A stretch of 64,000 bases of DNA from Opitutales bacterium. GTDB lineage: Bacteria; Verrucomicrobiota; Verrucomicrobiia; Opitutales; PNEW01. Both the position numbers and the translations under genes were made by a program. Shown here piece by piece: positions 29,324 to 40,013 of this stretch. The first letter of the stretch is position 1; every line of letters starts with the position of its first letter. The DNA is taken from positions 1,216,001-1,280,000 of the forward strand of contig CBDANS010000006.1 of assembly GCA_965197745.1 (NCBI GenBank), in the 5' to 3' direction. The notes under the pieces were generated by a model. That model worked only from the letters and a program-made list of their open reading frames with translations, did no database searches and had not been told where the DNA came from.

Positions 29324-30583
29324 ATGCCTGCCAAAACCGATAAATCTACTGCAGATTCCGTTTTTTCGGTAAATAGACGCACTTACAAACTAACGAATGT
29401 TCCTGTAGTTGTTCTCTGCCTTGATGGCTGCTCTGACGAATATCTTGACGCCAGTTTGGAACAGGAGAGAATGCCTATCCTTGCCAGGATGCTGCAGCAG
29501 GGATATCGAGGGAAGGCGCGTGGCGCATTGCCCTCGTTTACAAACGTAAATAACGCTTCAATTGTCACGGGGCTGCCACCTTCTGGCCACGGCATTAGTG
29601 GCAATTTTTTTCTCGATCCCGAATCGGGGGAGGAGGTAATGATGAATTCCGCTCATTATTTGCGCGCACCGACAATCCTAGCCGCGGCAGAGCGAGCGGG
29701 CAGATCGGTTGCGATGGTGACCGCTAAAGAAAAACTGCTTGATATTCTTTCAAACGGTTTAGCGGGAATCAGGTTTTCCGCGGAAAAGGCAAACCAGGCG
29801 CAAATGGAGACCCATGAGATCGATAAAGTCGAGCAGCTCGTTGGGTATCCCACCCCTGACATCTATAGTGCTGAAGCGACACTGTTTGTCCTTCGCGCGG
29901 GTGCGGCACTCTTGGAACACAACCTCGCTGATTTCCTTTATCTTTCAACTACGGATTATATGCAACATACTTACCCGCCCGAGGCTCCTGAGGCACTCGA
30001 TTTTTACGGCGAAATGGACCATGCGATTGGCCGATTATTAAATACCGGCGCAATTATTGGTGCTACTGCGGATCATGGAATGAATGCTAAACATAATGCG
30101 GATGGTTCGCCGAATGTAGTCTTTCTGGAGCAGCTGCTTCGAGAAGAATTCGGTGAAGGGGTGCGTGTCATCTGTCCGATTACAGATCCCTATGTTAAAC
30201 ATCACGGAGCACTGGGTTCACTGGTCATGGTTCACTTGGCTGATCGTAATATTAGCGGGCGGGTTGAGAAGCGGCTCTTGCAGATCGAAGCGGTAACTGA
30301 AGTCTACGATCGAGAGCAGGGGGCGCATCTACTTGAGCTTCCGGAAGATCGCATCGGTGATTTAGTGGTACTGTCCCGTCGCGACTTTGTCCTCGGCCGG
30401 TCTCCCCGGTATCATGATCTCTCAGCACTCGATGGCCGACTCCGCTCGCATGGGGGGCGATTCGAAGAAATTGTCCCGATCCTTATTTCAGAAGCGCTGA
30501 CGCCTGAGTATGCGGTTAAAGCAGAGAATGATCTGCGCAACTTTGATATTTTTGACTTCACTATCAACGGAACACAACGATAG
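29324..30583 (+). CDS. phnA: Phosphonoacetate hydrolase
   Basis: VVLCLDG, LPSFTNVNNASIVTG (Thr nucleophile), YLSTTDYMQH, TADHGM, PITDPYVKHHGALGS, LRSHGG. Confidence 0.92.
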   Translation: MPAKTDKSTADSVFSVNRRTYKLTNVPVVVLCLDGCSDEYLDASLEQERMPILARMLQQGYRGKARGALPSFTNVNNASIVTGLPPSGHGISGNFFLDPESGEEVMMNSAHYLRAPTILAAAERAGRSVAMVTAKEKLLDILSNGLAGIRFSAEKANQAQMETHEIDKVEQLVGYPTPDIYSAEATLFVLRAGAALLEHNLADFLYLSTTDYMQHTYPPEAPEALDFYGEMDHAIGRLLNTGAIIGATADHGMNAKHNADGSPNVVFLEQLLREEFGEGVRVICPITDPYVKHHGALGSLVMVHLADRNISGRVEKRLLQIEAVTEVYDREQGAHLLELPEDRIGDLVVLSRRDFVLGRSPRYHDLSALDGRLRSHGGRFEEIVPILISEALTPEYAVKAENDLRNFDIFDFTINGTQR

Positions 30584-30834
30584 ACAATGCTTTTCAGCAT
30601 GCGATACAAAGCCGTGCCTTTCGCGTCGCGATAGTTCCGCATGGATTAAAAGGTTAAAATAGGGAGATAAAAACTTAAGGTGTGATGAAACCACACCTTT
30701 CTTCATTCACAATGCCTATCAATTGCCGGACCGAGGCAATAATAGTGGGTAAAAGGGTGTGTCAAACTGGGCGCTATATTCAACTCAGGTAGATTTATCT
30801 TCTCTCAACGCAAATTTTGAATATTTATGGAACG

Positions 30835-31683
30835 ATGAATGCGGAAACAGAATACCCACCACCAAGCCTGGAGATAGCGGCAATCGATGTTCACGCCCAT
30901 TACGGCAATTATATAAATAAGGTTAAGGGACTTGAATCTCAGTTTCCATCCGGAGATGCAGCTACGGTTGCCTCACGGGCAAAAAAGTGCAATATCGAAC
31001 ACACTATTGTCTCGCCGTTACTGGGTCTTTTCCCCCGCGGCAAGGCAGATGCGGCGGTGGGAAATGAAGAAGCGGTGAAAGTAGTACCGCAGACCACCGG
31101 ATTACTGCAGTGGGTGATTATCAACCCTCTTCAACCAAAGACCTACGACCAGGCGCAGGAGATGCTTTCCTTACCGCACTGCGTGGGCATTAAAATCCAT
31201 CCCGTAGAACATCAATACCCCATATCCGAACACGGCGAAGCGATTTTTAAATTTGCTGCGGAACGGAAGGCTGTAATCTTAACTCATAGCGGTGATATAT
31301 ACAGTTGGCCGAATGAATTTATTCCATTTGCCAATGCCTTTCCTGAAGTTCCCCTTATTCTCGCTCATTTAGGCAATGGCGGCCTGGCCAAAGGGCGTGT
31401 CGACTTGCAGGTTGAAGCGATAAAATCGATAAAACATGAGAATGTCTATGTCGACACTTCAAGCGCAAGAAGTGTATTGCCCAAACTTGTTGAATGGGCG
31501 GTCGGTGAGGTAGGAGCAGAGCGCATTCTTTTCGGTACCGATACCCCCCTTTACTTTACCGCCTTTCAACGCGCTAGGATTGATTACGCCGATATCACCC
31601 TTGAGGAAAAACAGCGAATATTGCGCGACAACGCGATTAATCTATTAAAACTTGAGCATGTAGTATCTACCCCTCTGCTATAA
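30835..31683 (+). CDS. Amidohydrolase family (amidohydro_2) protein
   Basis: IDVHAH, GIKIHP, THSG, LAHLG, VDTS, FGTDTP. Confidence 0.88.
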   Translation: MNAETEYPPPSLEIAAIDVHAHYGNYINKVKGLESQFPSGDAATVASRAKKCNIEHTIVSPLLGLFPRGKADAAVGNEEAVKVVPQTTGLLQWVIINPLQPKTYDQAQEMLSLPHCVGIKIHPVEHQYPISEHGEAIFKFAAERKAVILTHSGDIYSWPNEFIPFANAFPEVPLILAHLGNGGLAKGRVDLQVEAIKSIKHENVYVDTSSARSVLPKLVEWAVGEVGAERILFGTDTPLYFTAFQRARIDYADITLEEKQRILRDNAINLLKLEHVVSTPLL

Positions 31684-31757
31684 TAAACGCGAAATTGGAT
31701 TACATTTAATTTTCATAAATGGACTATTTTTTTCTCTTAGATTAAGGGTGATATAAA

Positions 31758-32609
31758 ATGGGTAAAAGATTATCGGATAAAGTCGCATTAGTAACGGGTT
31801 CGACATCAGGCATCGGGCGAGCGACAGCAAAGCTGTTGGCTGCTGAGGGCGCGCAAGTAGTGCTTGCTGGTCGTCGAAATGAAATGGGGGAGGAAGCAGT
31901 AGCTGAAATTTCGAAAGAGGGGGGTGAAGCTTCTTTTTTCCAGGCAGATTTTGAAGTGAGCCAGGCGGTACGTGATACCGTTCATTTTACACTTCAGCAG
32001 TACAAGCGTATCGATGTCCTGGTCAATAATGCCATGAGTCGCCTCGTTTCCTGGGGTGAAGGTAAAACAGCGGTCGAAACATCGGAAGAAGAATGGGACA
32101 AAATACTGGCTGTTGGTTTGAAAGCCCCCTTCATTGCCTGTCAGGAAGCGATTCCTGAAATGATTAAACAGGGCGGGGGATCGATAATTAACATTGGATC
32201 CGTCCGGTCATTACGACCTTCTCCTAAGGGGATCACTTATGATGTCGTAAAGTCAGGGCTGATCAATCTCAGCGCCCAATTAAATTTAGATTATGGCAGT
32301 CAGGGCATACGTTCTAACCTGATCTGTCCCGGATGGATTTTTGTCACCCCCGGCTACGCAGACGAGGTGGAAAAGGACCCTGTTTTACGCGGCCAGGTGC
32401 AGCTTTCGCAGACCATCAAGCGACCTGGACTTCCCAGTGATATAGCCAAGGCCGCGCTTTTTCTAGCTTCTGAAGATTCCAGTTTTATGGCCGGATCGGT
32501 TTTGGTTGTTGACGGTGGTAACTTAATTTTAAGTGGTCGCCAGTTTGACCCGAAACTTGAACAACAGGTGAACGCACTTTTTGCCGCCCATGCGGAACTT
32601 AATACTTAA
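31758..32609 (+). CDS. Short-chain dehydrogenase/reductase
   Basis: TGSTSGIG, LVNNA, INIGS, YDVVK, NLICPG, VDGG. Confidence 0.92.
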   Translation: MGKRLSDKVALVTGSTSGIGRATAKLLAAEGAQVVLAGRRNEMGEEAVAEISKEGGEASFFQADFEVSQAVRDTVHFTLQQYKRIDVLVNNAMSRLVSWGEGKTAVETSEEEWDKILAVGLKAPFIACQEAIPEMIKQGGGSIINIGSVRSLRPSPKGITYDVVKSGLINLSAQLNLDYGSQGIRSNLICPGWIFVTPGYADEVEKDPVLRGQVQLSQTIKRPGLPSDIAKAALFLASEDSSFMAGSVLVVDGGNLILSGRQFDPKLEQQVNALFAAHAELNT

Positions 32610-32658
32610 TGCCTTGGGCTGATGTAACAATAATCTATTGGGTAAGGTAAATATTTAT

Positions 32659-33201
32659 ATGAAACACCTGTCGCACGATGAGATAGAAGAATGCATAGTC
32701 AAAGTATTCGCATCCCCAAAAGATGAGGGTGCTGTCGAGGCTATTTTCATTCGTCCGAAAATGAATGAAAGAAAATCACTGCAAGAGGCACAACTCTCTC
32801 CGGAGAAGGGTGTAGAAGGTGACCGGTGGGTAAATTTATGCTGGGTGAAGCTGAAGGATGGCAGCTCTGATCCCCGGGCTCAGGTATCCCTTTTCAACTC
32901 CCGCCTCATGCGCTTGATCGCGCCCGATAAAAAGTTCTGGGCCTTGTCTGGAGATAATTTTATAGTAGACTTTGATTTAAGCGCTTTCCATCCGGGACAA
33001 AAAATAAATCTTGGGGAGGCCGTGATTGAAGTATCGGATCTGCCTCACACCGGATGCAAAAAATTTGCCGCGCGTTATGGAGCAGCAGTTAAAAATTACC
33101 TGGATTCACCTAAGGGGCAAAATCTGAATCTTCGAGGCGTTTACGCCAGGATATTAAAAGCAGGGAAAGTAAGTGTAGGGGATACACTGAATCGGATTTG
33201 A
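32659..33201 (+). CDS. MOSC domain protein
   Basis: GVEGDRW, GDNF, PHTGCKKF, RGVYARILKAGKVSVGD. Confidence 0.88.
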   Translation: MKHLSHDEIEECIVKVFASPKDEGAVEAIFIRPKMNERKSLQEAQLSPEKGVEGDRWVNLCWVKLKDGSSDPRAQVSLFNSRLMRLIAPDKKFWALSGDNFIVDFDLSAFHPGQKINLGEAVIEVSDLPHTGCKKFAARYGAAVKNYLDSPKGQNLNLRGVYARILKAGKVSVGDTLNRI

Positions 33202-33319
33202 TTAAGGGTTTAAACTGTTTAATGGATTAAGAATCATGAAACATTCAGAGTCGTGTGGGGTCTTCATCATACGGCACGATGCCCGTTACATGGTTTTACT
33301 CTATTACCTGACTTTCCGC

Positions 33320-34091
33320 ATGCATTTTCTATTTCGCGCGCTATTTATTTCGGGTATTGTTTTGATGCCATTAATCCTCGTCGCTAAAAACCGTAATGCG
33401 GTATTTACAAGCCCTGAGAGACAAGTGCGCCTGATTGAACTTTACACTTCTGAAGGGTGCAGTAGTTGTCCCCCGGCAGATCGCTGGCTCAGTGGACTGC
33501 TTACGGAATCTCATTTATGGAGTTCGGTTGTCCCCATCGCATTTCATGTCAGTTACTGGGATTATCTCGGGTGGCGTGATCCATTCGCTTCTGAGGAATA
33601 CGCAAAGAGACAGCGTATCTATGCTTCTTACGGAGGAACGAATGTTTATACCCCGGGATTTTTTGTTAACGGTAGGGAGTGGCGGGGGTTTTTTGAAAAT
33701 CGTGTTCTCCCCTCACCGCCAAACTTGAGACCCGGTATATTTAAGATTAAAGGCCATGCAGATCGATGATGATATTTACGAGGTGACATTTCATGAAATT
33801 GAAACAGATGAGAAAGAATATCGTGTTCACGCGGCTTTACTCGGTTTCGGGTTGAGCTCCCAGGTGAAAAGAGGAGAGAACCGAGGCTTACAATTGCAGC
33901 ACGACTTTGTTGTCGTCTCTTACCAAAACGCGATCCTTAAAAAAGAGAATAACGATTTTAAAGGAGAACTGAAAATTGTGTTTCCCGATAAATCAGGAAA
34001 TTCACGCAAAGCCATCGCATTCTGGGTGACGACAATAAAAAGCCCTATACCCATACAATCAACCGGTGGTTTTATTCGGGACCCTGTGTAG
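33320..34091 (+). pseudogene. DUF1223 thioredoxin-like secreted protein, frameshifted
   Basis: ELYTSEGCSSCPPAD, FHVSYWDYLGWRDPF, YTP, and V(K)RGENRG..L.HDFVV in the next frame; removing one T at 33740-33742 fuses 33236..33769 to 33756..34091. Confidence 0.8.
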
Positions 34092-34358
34092 GACGCGTGC
34101 CCAATGCAGTAATAGAGCGGTGCTCTTTCTTCCATTCTATAGCTCAATAGAAAATCAGAGACTCCCCTTAGATGCCGTCAACAGCGTTAATAACTGTGGA
34201 AAAAAAGAAGACTTCTCTCACTCTAATAATATGGGTTATATAATACTTATATTAAGTGGTAGAAATTAATTCAGGATTGCTTTCTTAAAAGGATTAAACT
34301 ACTCCAGCACTTTAATCTTAATTGTTTTGATAAAATAAAATCCCCACCGCTAAAAAAC

Positions 34359-34871
34359 ATGATAAAGAAAAGAATGTTAAATATTTTACCCGCGAACGCT
34401 ATGGGGAATATATTTTTAACAACCAGTCTGATTACTGTATTTTTGGGAGCAGCAACGGTAGCAAAGGCGATGAGTCATGAAGGCTCTGAACCACGAATAA
34501 TCTCAATGAACGGTAACGATCAGATGAAATTCGACATTACCGAGATCGACGTCACGGCAGGAGAAAAAATAAAGATAGTACTTAAAAACATCGGGAAAAT
34601 ACCTAAAATAGGCATGGCGCATAATTTCGTTCTTCTTAAAAGCGGTGTTGATGCCCAGCAATTTTCGATGGCTGCGATAATGGCAAGAGACAACGAATAT
34701 ATTCCGAAAGATCGCGAAAATGAGATTATCGTCTATTCCGGATTAGCAGGACCGGATGAAACAGTGACTGTAGAATTTACCGCTCCTGAGACACCCGGAA
34801 AATATGATTATGTTTGCACTTTTCCCGGTCACTACCTGGCCGGTATGAAAGGGGTCCTGATCGTTAAATAA
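34359..34871 (+). CDS. Azurin/auracyanin-like blue copper protein
   Basis: Signal peptide, NDQMKFD, MAHNFV, CTFPGHYLAGM (type-1 Cu ligands His, Cys, His, Met). Confidence 0.9.
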   Translation: MIKKRMLNILPANAMGNIFLTTSLITVFLGAATVAKAMSHEGSEPRIISMNGNDQMKFDITEIDVTAGEKIKIVLKNIGKIPKIGMAHNFVLLKSGVDAQQFSMAAIMARDNEYIPKDRENEIIVYSGLAGPDETVTVEFTAPETPGKYDYVCTFPGHYLAGMKGVLIVK

Positions 34872-34986
34872 TTTTTAATCGTAGACGAGGTATCGCGCTG
34901 CCAAATATATTGAGCTACACTATGGATTTAGACCGAAGATTCGGGGATCTTTTTTCTTTCCCACCTTGTCATGTCCATTCAGAAGA

Positions 34987-35484
34987 ATGGAATTAACGTT
35001 TAAAAGCATATTACCCTATCTTTTCTTAATTTGCTATTCCGCCTCTATCTGCATCGCGGATGAAAAGGAAATCGATCCGGAAAAAGTATTTAAAGGGAAA
35101 GTGCTCTATGAAAGAAATTGCCAGATTTGTCATCAACCTTCGGGACAGGGTATTCGTCTTGCTTTTCCATCCCTCGTGGGAACCCCCTGGGTCACTGGGA
35201 GTAAAGATCGCTTAATTAAAATTTTACTCTACGGGGTGTCCGGCCCCATGATCGTGAAGGGAGAGGAATTTGCTACTGAAATGGCAAAACCAGGCTTTCC
35301 TCCGGGATCTTTAAAGGATGCTGAAATTGCTTATTTGCTTACTTATATCCGTAATGCGTGGGGTAATAAAGCTTCAGAGATAAAAGTAGCACACGTTATC
35401 GATATAAGAGAACAAGTGGGTGATCGTAGAAACCCTTTGGATTCTGATAAACTTCTGAGTCAACATCCCTTAGAGGTAGACTGA
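34987..35484 (+). CDS. Monoheme cytochrome c
   Basis: CQICH, FPSL, LTYIRNAWGN; signal-like N terminus. Confidence 0.9.
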   Translation: MELTFKSILPYLFLICYSASICIADEKEIDPEKVFKGKVLYERNCQICHQPSGQGIRLAFPSLVGTPWVTGSKDRLIKILLYGVSGPMIVKGEEFATEMAKPGFPPGSLKDAEIAYLLTYIRNAWGNKASEIKVAHVIDIREQVGDRRNPLDSDKLLSQHPLEVD

Positions 35485-35937
35485 TTTAAATACGACAATT
35501 ATTTAAGTTCAGGTTTATCGCTGCCGGCAGTTATGAGCATTGATGAGGTGCTGACTCAAAAGGCTTTCCGGTTAAACCTATCAATATCAATTATACTTAT
35601 CACAGCCAATACGAAATCTACTGAGATTTCACATAAGCCAATAAGCTTTTAATGTGAGAAGTATGTCGGGATCTTAAGATTAATAATCCCCGCCAGTACA
35701 ATTTTCTGAGGAGGATTGAGCATTTTTTGAAAGGTATCGTAAAGGGTGCATAAACTCAAATTTCCTTAAATTTTTGCATAAATAATTGACAGAGCTCTTT
35801 AGGCACGATTAAAGGAAGCCAGTACTCATTTCTCCCAAGCTATTCTTAATTTAACGGTCAGATTTATTATTTAAAAATTGAATTTCGGTTTCGGGAAGTG
35901 TGCTAATTGAAACGAGAAGATAAAAGTAAGACTGATT

Positions 35938-36744
35938 ATGAAATATTTTAAATTGAAACAAACAATTGCAACGTTCCTTGGAGTTATAATTTTAGTTGCA
36001 GTTTATGGATGTGGCGGCGAAAAGGCCCCAGCGGATGAAGCCGAAGCTAAAAGTGCTCCAGCGGCCTCCGCAGGTGGCGTCTCCATTCCGAAAGAGGGAG
36101 CGAAAATAACGGGCAGTGTGGTATTTTCGGGAGACGCGCCGCAATTACGCGATATTGATATGTCTGATGAACCGGTCTGTGTGCATAAATGGGAGGAACA
36201 AGGGACAACTTCAAAGAGTGAGACCTTAGTTTTGGGAGAAGGCCAAAGTATGGCCAATATCCTGGTAAGCATTAAAAGTGGATTAACGGCTCAGACTTAT
36301 AACCCTCCCGCGGAACCGGTAGTTGTCGATCAAAATGGATGTGCTTATTCCCCCCATGTTTTTGCCGTAATGAAAGGTCAGAATATAATCTTTAAAAATT
36401 CTGACGGGGTGTTGCATAATGTTCATGCCCTGCCCGAGAAAAACCGGGAATTCAATTTAGCGATGCCGGGAAGCATGACCGCATCCCCACCGCGCTCTTT
36501 CAAAAAAACTGAGCCCATGTTCCGCATCAAGTGCGATAAGCACCCCTGGATGCTCTCTTATGCCGCGGTCATGGATCATCCCTATTTTTCGGTTACTGGT
36601 GTGGACGGGATGTTTGAAATTATCGGATTGCCCGCCGGGACTTACGAAGTGGAAGCCTGGCACGAGAAATTAGGGACTCAGATTTCCACCGTGACAGTGG
36701 CGGCAAACGCAACCGAGACTGTCGATTTCACATTTTCCAGATAG
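35938..36744 (+). CDS. Lipoprotein with cupredoxin-like and carboxypeptidase-regulatory-like domains
   Basis: Lipobox VYGC, DQNGCAYSPHV, HNVH, CDKHPWM, GTYEVEAWHE. Confidence 0.8.
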   Translation: MKYFKLKQTIATFLGVIILVAVYGCGGEKAPADEAEAKSAPAASAGGVSIPKEGAKITGSVVFSGDAPQLRDIDMSDEPVCVHKWEEQGTTSKSETLVLGEGQSMANILVSIKSGLTAQTYNPPAEPVVVDQNGCAYSPHVFAVMKGQNIIFKNSDGVLHNVHALPEKNREFNLAMPGSMTASPPRSFKKTEPMFRIKCDKHPWMLSYAAVMDHPYFSVTGVDGMFEIIGLPAGTYEVEAWHEKLGTQISTVTVAANATETVDFTFSR

Positions 36745-36800
36745 AGACGAATTATTGGTAAGATTATCAAGTAACTTACACCCATTAAATAAAATTAGCT

Positions 36801-38603
36801 ATGGCAGACACGACCGCTACTGAAGTAAAAGACCCTGAAGTAAGCCACGGCGAACATCACGAAGAGCTTCCCTTCTGGCGAAAATACATTTTTGCCACGG
36901 ACCATAAGGTGATAGGCTTACAATATGGTATCACCGCTGGATTCTTTCTCTTTTTTGGATTCGGATTGATGATGTTTATGCGCTGGAGTATGGCCTATCC
37001 GGAGCAGCCGGTACCGATATTTGGTTTCCTTTTTGGCGAGACGGGCATCATGTCACCGGACCAATACAATACCTTTGGTGCTATGCATGGAACGATAATG
37101 GTCTTTTTAGGAGTCGTTCCACTCGCAGTGGGAGCTTTCGGTAATTTTGTCCTCCCCCTGCAAATAGGGGCGGTCGATATGGCCTTCCCAAAAATTAATG
37201 CGGCCAGCTACTGGTGCCTTTTTCTCGGTGGCGTGGTTATGCTCGCTAGTTTTTTTCTACCCGAAGGAGCCGCCAAGTCAGGGTGGACTTCCTATACCCC
37301 GCTGGCCGATATCGATGTTGGGCTCGGTCAGACCTTTTGGCTGATCGGCATGATCTTTTTGATTACGTCTTCGCTTCTTGGTGCTATCAACTTTGTCACC
37401 ACCACGATTCAATTACGCGCCCCTGGCATGAGCTATATGCGATTGCCCTTTTTTGTATGGGCGCAGCTGGTTACCGCTTTTCTCCTTATTCTTGCTTTCC
37501 CACCGCTTGAAGCCGCTGGCATCCTGCAGTTAATGGATCGCGTGGCCGGAACCAGTTTCTTCCTCCCAACGGGTTTAGTCGTCAGTGGAGAGGTCGCAGA
37601 CATCAGCGGGGGAGGTAACGCCGTCTTGTGGCAGCACTTGTTCTGGTTTTTAGCTCACCCCGAGGTCTATGTGCTTATACTACCGGCTTTGGGCATTGTC
37701 ACAGAAATTATAGCTAATAACTCCCGCAAACCCATTTTTGGTTATAATCTCATGGTCTATTCTTTGATTTTCCTCGGGTTTATGTCATTTTCCGTGTGGG
37801 CGCACCATATGTTCATGACTGGAATGGGGACCACCTTGAATGCTTTCTTCCAGACGACAACGATGATCATATCGATCCCCTCGGTGGTTATCCTTTCCTG
37901 CCTCTTTATTTCCCTTTGGGGAGGATCTATTCGTTTCAATACGCCCATGCTCTTCGCCCTCGGATTTTTACCCATGTTTGGTATCGGTGGATTGACGGGC
38001 CTGCCCCTCGGCTTAAGTGCATCGGATATTCATCTCCATGACACCTATTATGTAATCGGGCATTTTCACTATGTAGTAGCGCCCGGGACACTTTTCGCTC
38101 TCTTTGCGGGCATCTACTTCTGGTTTCCCAAGATTACAGGACGCATCATGAACGAAGCCCTTGGTAAACTGCATTTCTTTGGATCCCTTATTTTCATAAA
38201 TATCATTTTCTTCCCTATGCTTATACAGGGACTGGCGGGCGTAAATCGTCGATTATATGACGGCGGGCAGGCCTATGCGGACCCCACGGCAATTATGGAA
38301 CCGGGTTTTTATTCCCATGTGGCCAATGTGCTTTATTTGAATAAATGGATGTCCATGGCTGCCTGGGCGTTGGGTTTGGTTCAACTTATATTCATTTTCA
38401 ATCTCATTTGGAGTATTAAGAAAGGCAAAAAAGTTGATCGCAATCCCTGGGGGGGAACAACCCTCGAATGGGCCGCTCCATCACCTCCCGGTCACGGTAA
38501 TTTTGAAACCCCGGTTGAAGTCTATAGTGGTCCTTATGAGTACAGTGTGCCTGGCGCATCAAAAGATTTTAGCCCGCAATTTGAAAAAGGTTCTAGCACC
38601 TGA
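36801..38603 (+). CDS. ctaD: Cytochrome c oxidase subunit I (A1 type)
   Basis: TDHKVIG, MHGTIM, FWFLAHPEVY, VWAHHM, LHDTYYVIGHFHY, RR pair. Confidence 0.97.
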   Translation: MADTTATEVKDPEVSHGEHHEELPFWRKYIFATDHKVIGLQYGITAGFFLFFGFGLMMFMRWSMAYPEQPVPIFGFLFGETGIMSPDQYNTFGAMHGTIMVFLGVVPLAVGAFGNFVLPLQIGAVDMAFPKINAASYWCLFLGGVVMLASFFLPEGAAKSGWTSYTPLADIDVGLGQTFWLIGMIFLITSSLLGAINFVTTTIQLRAPGMSYMRLPFFVWAQLVTAFLLILAFPPLEAAGILQLMDRVAGTSFFLPTGLVVSGEVADISGGGNAVLWQHLFWFLAHPEVYVLILPALGIVTEIIANNSRKPIFGYNLMVYSLIFLGFMSFSVWAHHMFMTGMGTTLNAFFQTTTMIISIPSVVILSCLFISLWGGSIRFNTPMLFALGFLPMFGIGGLTGLPLGLSASDIHLHDTYYVIGHFHYVVAPGTLFALFAGIYFWFPKITGRIMNEALGKLHFFGSLIFINIIFFPMLIQGLAGVNRRLYDGGQAYADPTAIMEPGFYSHVANVLYLNKWMSMAAWALGLVQLIFIFNLIWSIKKGKKVDRNPWGGTTLEWAAPSPPGHGNFETPVEVYSGPYEYSVPGASKDFSPQFEKGSST

Positions 38604-38621
38604 AATACAGGAGATAATCGG

Positions 38622-39221
38622 ATGTCTACAGTTGAAATTCCTTATATTAGTACCCCCAGACCGGACACCGGATTGGTTAACGCCAAGCTGGGGATCTGGT
38701 TGTTTCTGGCTTCTGAGGTAATGCTTTTCGGGGGACTGTTTTCTACCTATGTCATCCTGCGTGTCGGCGCAGAGACCTGGCCGGAAGGGGCCTCTATTCT
38801 CAATGTACCCCTCGCGACCCTGAATACAATAGTGCTTATCACTTCCAGTATTACAATGGTCATGGCTTGGGCTTCATTAGTGAGAAAAAATTTTAATAAG
38901 TTCCGGCTCTATAATTATGCGACATTGGCCTGCGGCCTGATCTTTCTCATCGTAAAATATTTTGAATACAGTGCAAAAATTCATCATGGCCTTTTCCCTT
39001 CGGAAAGCACCTTTCTTGCCATCTATTTTACCCTTACCGGGTTACATGGATTGCACGTTATTGGAGGTATGCTGACCCTGGCATACCTGCACTGGCCGGG
39101 ATCGAAGATGTGGAAAACAGATCCAGTGCGCTTTACCGGCAGGGTAGAATGCGCCGGACTTTTCTGGCACCTGGTGGACCTCGTCTGGATCTTCCTGTTC
39201 CCCACCCTTTATCTCATGTAA
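38622..39221 (+). CDS. ctaE: Cytochrome c oxidase subunit III
   Basis: WLFLASEVMLFGGLF, LTGLHGLHV, FWHLVDLVWIFLFP. Confidence 0.95.
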   Translation: MSTVEIPYISTPRPDTGLVNAKLGIWLFLASEVMLFGGLFSTYVILRVGAETWPEGASILNVPLATLNTIVLITSSITMVMAWASLVRKNFNKFRLYNYATLACGLIFLIVKYFEYSAKIHHGLFPSESTFLAIYFTLTGLHGLHVIGGMLTLAYLHWPGSKMWKTDPVRFTGRVECAGLFWHLVDLVWIFLFPTLYLM

Positions 39222-39233
39222 GAGGAAATAACT

Positions 39234-39551
39234 ATGGCAGAAAACTTAGAAGAACTTGATCAACATGTGCGGGCCTGCTTCGCCATTTTTGTGGCCCTGT
39301 TATGCCTGACCGTAATGACCGTAGCAGTATCATATTTAAACTTACCGGTACCCGCTACGATCAGCCTGGCCTTGTGCATTGCTTTAATCAAAGGATCTAT
39401 GGTCGTCTCCTATTTCATGCACTTAATCTCTGAAAAAAAAGTTATATTCTGGTCCCTCACGCTGACTGCTATTTTCTTTATATTTCTCATGATCCTTCCC
39501 GTGATAACGGACCTGGATATCATCTCTTATACGGTTACCGTCAGCCATTAA
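39234..39551 (+). CDS. ctaF: Cytochrome c oxidase subunit IV family
   Basis: IALIKGSMVVSYFMHL motif, 3 TM, operon position. Confidence 0.88.
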   Translation: MAENLEELDQHVRACFAIFVALLCLTVMTVAVSYLNLPVPATISLALCIALIKGSMVVSYFMHLISEKKVIFWSLTLTAIFFIFLMILPVITDLDIISYTVTVSH

Positions 39552-39734
39552 ATGTCCTTAAAAATATTTCATATTTTTTTTATTTCCATTTCATTAATTC
39601 TTTGTCTTGGTTTCGGCTGGTGGTCGTTCCAGCAATCCGGAGCCTATATTTTTGCGGGCATTGGGTCTTTTGCAGCAGGTATCGCTTTATTTTTCTACGG
39701 CAATTATTTTCTGAATAAAATGCAGAATCTATAA
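39552..39734 (+). CDS. Small 2-TM membrane protein in the cox operon
   Basis: MSLKIFHIFFI...; abuts both neighbours. Confidence 0.7.
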   Translation: MSLKIFHIFFISISLILCLGFGWWSFQQSGAYIFAGIGSFAAGIALFFYGNYFLNKMQNL

Positions 39735-39736
39735 CC

Positions 39737-39976
39737 ATGGGCAGTATCATTAGAGATTATTATTTTCGGTTAATAATAGCTGCTTTAGTATTCGTTACGG
39801 CACAGCCACTCATGGCTTGCAGCAGTTGCTTCAGTAAGGTAACCGGGAGCATGGCAGACAGCATTAATATGGGTATCATTTCATTGTATATGACTGTCCT
39901 GGTCCTCCTTGGCGGATTTGCCTGTTTTTTTATTAACCTTTGGAAGCGCGCTAAAAAATTCTCGAGAGATAATTAA
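39737..39976 (+). CDS. Small membrane protein with ACxxC motif in the cox operon
   Basis: Signal-like helix, ACSSCF, C-terminal TM; operon-coupled. Confidence 0.7.
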   Translation: MGSIIRDYYFRLIIAALVFVTAQPLMACSSCFSKVTGSMADSINMGIISLYMTVLVLLGGFACFFINLWKRAKKFSRDN

Positions 39977-40013
39977 TTTTTTTTAAAACCCCACTATTTA
40001 TGAAAGGTCGATA

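Noticed and set aside
35786..35815. Promoter for the cox operon (TTGACA at 35786; GGCACG nearby)
   Set aside because: No convincing -10 box at 16-18 nt spacing, and the sigma54-like motif lacks the -12 GC.
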